DNA from: a virus
Reading direction: 5' to 3' (one strand)
Length of the DNA: 64,000 bases
Virus record (IMG/VR): IMGVR_UViG_2718218017_000006
Span: 18,956-82,955 of that record
How positions within the stretch are numbered: the first letter of the stretch is position 1; each line of letters begins with the position of its first letter. Below are positions 61,123 through 64,000 of the stretch, one piece after another. Below the pieces are notes generated by a model, which worked only from the letters and a program-made list of their open reading frames with translations, had not been told where the DNA came from and did not search any database. A program made the translations under genes and the position numbers.

Positions 61123-61472
61123 TATGATTTCTCCTTTCTTAAAAGAGGTACCTCTAAATGACTTGCATAATAAAAAGGCTCTCCTGCTTCATATTTTCTC
61201 TTAGTACCATTTTCGAATGTAACCTCTACATCATCACCTGAAGCTATAGGAGTATCAGGCGCACAGAATAGTATTGAATTGTACTGAATATTATTTGTAG
61301 TATCAGTTTGATTTACATTTGCTACATCCTTTTTAGATATAGCACAACTGATATTCTCCACTTTTATTCCTGGCTTAAATGCTGTAGCCCCATTAGGTTT
61401 TGTATATGGGACCTGTCCTGATATAGTTACTTTATCAAAGTAAGTAAGTGCCAATATTTCTGCTTCCGTCAT
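61122..61472 (-). CDS. Head-tail adaptor
   Basis: LFCAPD...GDDVEV; synteny. Confidence 0.65.
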   Translation of the reverse strand: MTEAEILALTYFDKVTISGQVPYTKPNGATAFKPGIKVENISCAISKKDVANVNQTDTTNNIQYNSILFCAPDTPIASGDDVEVTFENGTKRKYEAGEPFYYASHLEVPLLRKEKS

Positions 61473-61795
61473 ATGAATCTAACCTTTCTAAAAGAATTTA
61501 ATTCTTTTTTATCCTGATCTGTTAAGTTTACCAATTCAGTTTGAGTTTTTTGTCCTGTATATTCAAATCGAGTATCTCCTCTTTGAATCGACTTAATATT
61601 GTTAGTTGTATCCGGGGCTTTTAAAATTAATACAACCTTGTTTTCTATAAAAGGTATGATTTCTTCTGGCAGACTAGATAAATTACAATATTTTAAAACC
61701 TTTTTAGTTATAGCATCAGTATAATAATTTATTAATGCATCTTTAGATGTATCTTCTGAAGCAATGCCTAAAAGCATTTTTATATTTTCTAGCAT
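61469..61795 (-). CDS. Head-tail connector protein
   Basis: MLENIKMLLGI, KYCN, IKSIQRGDT. Confidence 0.8.
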   Translation of the reverse strand: MLENIKMLLGIASEDTSKDALINYYTDAITKKVLKYCNLSSLPEEIIPFIENKVVLILKAPDTTNNIKSIQRGDTRFEYTGQKTQTELVNLTDQDKKELNSFRKVRFI

Positions 61796-61806
61796 AAAAT
61801 CACATC

Positions 61807-62052
61807 CTATTCAATTTCATGTTCTTTAATCTTTTCCAGAATACCACTAATGCTAGTTGATTTACCTACATCTATCGCTTTTTCTTTTGCATAATCCCTT
61901 AACTCTTCAATAGTCATTTCTTCTAAAGGTTTAACATTTCCTGACTCTTCTTTTTTACTTACTAATAACTCAAAACCACTGCTAAGCAAGTCGTCACGTG
62001 CAGTTTCCGATAAAACTACACGCTCTATATTAGATTTTTTTAATCTGTACAT
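61807..62052 (-). CDS. Small head-region protein (Rho-N-like helical tail)
   Basis: EMTIEELRDYAKEKAI. Confidence 0.6.
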   Translation of the reverse strand: MYRLKKSNIERVVLSETARDDLLSSGFELLVSKKEESGNVKPLEEMTIEELRDYAKEKAIDVGKSTSISGILEKIKEHEIE

Positions 62053-62062
62053 ATCAATCCTC

Positions 62063-62995
62063 CTATGACTTCGCTTGCTTTATATTTGCATAAATTGAAT
62101 TAATTTTATTGTCCAAAACCCAAAGGTCGTGGTATCTTCTATAATCCATAGACCACGCATTAGCAGCCTGATTTGTATTTGGATCGAATATTCTCATTAT
62201 GTCCTGTTTAGTGATTGCTAATGGAACATCTCTAGGTGCTATAATAAAGTTTACATCCTTTGCTGTAGTCCCTTTGGTATATCCTCCAATCTTTTGACCT
62301 TCTGTTACTCCATCATATAAAGTAATTGACGAATACAATCTATTTGAGGGTGTAGAAATAATAGGACAAATATCTACAGCTGGAACTTTAGTGTCAATAC
62401 CTCCCTGTGAAAAGGTTACAGATGCAATCTTATTAGACATTGCTATTTCCAATTCATTAACTACATCATAGTTTGCGTGGATAATTAGTTGCCCATTATA
62501 CCCATTTTCTCTTATTACCTTTATACCAAGCTTAAGTTCTGCTAAAATAGTTGCTGCTGCTGGAGTATATCCATATTTAACATTAGTATCATCAGCCACA
62601 GACATGGCTTTAGTTGCCAGTGAAGATAATCTATAAGCATCAATTTCAGGTATCACCTTGGTTCTTTGAAATTCTCCCATTATATTACCTGCAGTTAATA
62701 CAAATCCTGTTTCATCAACATCCATGGCATCAATAGAGAATTTTCTCCCTCTATCTTGAGTCATTTCATAAGTTTTATATTCAAATTTAACGTCTCCACC
62801 TGCATAACCACCGGCTGATCCTCTTTCATAATCTCCTAATCCATCTACAGTTAATTGTGGTATTTTAACTTCTTTACCGCCATTATATTTTACTTTACCG
62901 GCGTTTGAATCCATCCATCCTGTTAACATCTCATGCACAGCCGCCTTATCTAATTCACTTTGAAATATGGTGGCATATTGTATTACATTAGCCAT
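62063..62995 (-). CDS. Major capsid protein B
   Basis: GGKEVKIP, MTQDRGRKFSIDAMD, VIPEIDAYR, YRRYHDLWV. Confidence 0.9.
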   Translation of the reverse strand: MANVIQYATIFQSELDKAAVHEMLTGWMDSNAGKVKYNGGKEVKIPQLTVDGLGDYERGSAGGYAGGDVKFEYKTYEMTQDRGRKFSIDAMDVDETGFVLTAGNIMGEFQRTKVIPEIDAYRLSSLATKAMSVADDTNVKYGYTPAAATILAELKLGIKVIRENGYNGQLIIHANYDVVNELEIAMSNKIASVTFSQGGIDTKVPAVDICPIISTPSNRLYSSITLYDGVTEGQKIGGYTKGTTAKDVNFIIAPRDVPLAITKQDIMRIFDPNTNQAANAWSMDYRRYHDLWVLDNKINSIYANIKQAKS

Positions 62996-63021
62996 TCTTT
63001 TTACCTCCTAAAATTTTATTT

Positions 63022-63639
63022 CTAAATCGTTCCTGCTATAGCACTTGCTATTTGTGCTGCTACTTCCTGACCTCCCTCACTTCCACCTTTGGGCTGATAC
63101 ACATATGTGTTCTGATTTTGTTGATTATCTGGATTGGTATTTTCATCTGCAAACACTCCTGGATTATTTTCTTTAAACTGTTTTATATAATCATCTGCTC
63201 CTAAAAACTTGCCATCAGATAACTTAAGTTCTTGGCCAACAAACTCTTTTAAGAAAGCATTTTTTGTAAAGTCATTAGCGAATTTAAGACTATTTATATA
63301 GTCTTTAGCTGAAAATTCATACTCTTGGGTTTTCATTTTTTTCTCAAGCTCTGTTTTTTGATTTTCTGCCTCTGTTTGGAAACTTTCATACTTAGTTTTC
63401 CATTCTTCTGCTGAATTTTTAATACCTTCTATATCCATTTCTTTAAACTTTTCAATCTGAGAGTTTGCTTCATCTAAAGTCTGTTTATTAGCTTCAAGCT
63501 CAATTTCCAAGCCTTTAATTTTTTCTGTCACTTTTTCAGTTTCTTTCTTTTGCTTTTCAACATCCTTGCCATTTTCACCCATAACTTTATCTATGACTGA
63601 ATCCTCTAATCCTAACTCTTTTAAAAATTCTCTTTTCAT
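63022..63639 (-). CDS. Phage scaffolding protein B
   Basis: MKREFLKELGLED...MGENGKD. Confidence 0.85.
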   Translation of the reverse strand: MKREFLKELGLEDSVIDKVMGENGKDVEKQKKETEKVTEKIKGLEIELEANKQTLDEANSQIEKFKEMDIEGIKNSAEEWKTKYESFQTEAENQKTELEKKMKTQEYEFSAKDYINSLKFANDFTKNAFLKEFVGQELKLSDGKFLGADDYIKQFKENNPGVFADENTNPDNQQNQNTYVYQPKGGSEGGQEVAAQIASAIAGTI

Positions 63640-63746
63640 ATCCTATTCCTCCAATACATTACGTTTTTTACGAATTTAACATTTTCAATACTGATACTTA
63701 TTTCTTTTACGCCTAATAACTTTTAAAAAGGCAAAAATAAAAAGCC

Positions 63747-64000
63747 TTACTCCGAAGACTTATAATTTTTAGATTCCAATTTTATAATAAAATCATTTCT
63801 CTTATTCAATTCTTCTATTAATTTATTTGTTGGTACTAATGATAAATCCATATCATTGAAAGATTCAGGATTTCTCAAAGATTCACCAATCAATTCATAA
63901 ACCGGAACATCAAGAGCTTTTGCTATTTCGTTTAAAGTGTCTATGTTAGGTTCTCTTTTATTATTTTCATACCTGGTTATAGTAACTGGTATAACTCCAA
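63747..64000 (-). CDS. XRE HTH protein, 5' end outside window
   Basis: Manual translation ...TITRYENNKREPNIDTLNEIAKALDV... Confidence 0.7.
   Translation of the reverse strand, partial: GVIPVTITRYENNKREPNIDTLNEIAKALDVPVYELIGESLRNPESFNDMDLSLVPTNKLIEELNKRNDFIIKLESKNYKSSE

Larger units (their letters stand above)
39740..64000 (-). mobile_element. Phage late module B (cargo, lysis, tail, head), continuing past right edge
   Basis: Scaffold-capsid-neck-sheath-tube-TMP-baseplate-fibre-lysis order, with capsid and sheath distinct from module A. Confidence 0.9.

Noticed and set aside
1-64000. CRISPR array, tRNA or rRNA genes
   Set aside because: No regularly spaced repeats or tRNA/rRNA signatures seen by eye; tRNAscan and a CRISPR finder were not run

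Overview
Low-GC, Clostridium-like DNA made up entirely of temperate-phage sequence. 1-39.7 kb is prophage A, running off the left edge. Read from right to left it has a large serine integrase, an accessory block, a doubled repressor/cro switch, recombination/replication genes, a C5 methyltransferase, late regulators, PBSX-type terminase, portal, MuF, head, and contractile-tail sheath and tube. The accessory block holds a YhfC protease, a surface thermonuclease, an unannotated agrD-like peptide gene with an agrC-like kinase, and a type I TA candidate. 39.7-64 kb is a second, different myovirus-type late module (B): cargo, lysis, tail fibre, baseplate, tape measure, sheath/tube, capsid and scaffold. 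Main observations: (1) a phage-borne agrD-agrC peptide-signalling cassette with a sigma-H-like promoter, no agrA/agrB in the window, and an adjacent CAAX-clan protease; (2) an intact attP-like 19-bp inverted repeat inside the integrase ORF, placing an XRE domain in frame on the integrase and joining two distinct virion modules. Several prophage A genes are broken by single-base indels, mostly in short base runs, that look like sequencing errors. All product calls come from motif recognition; no database search was run.
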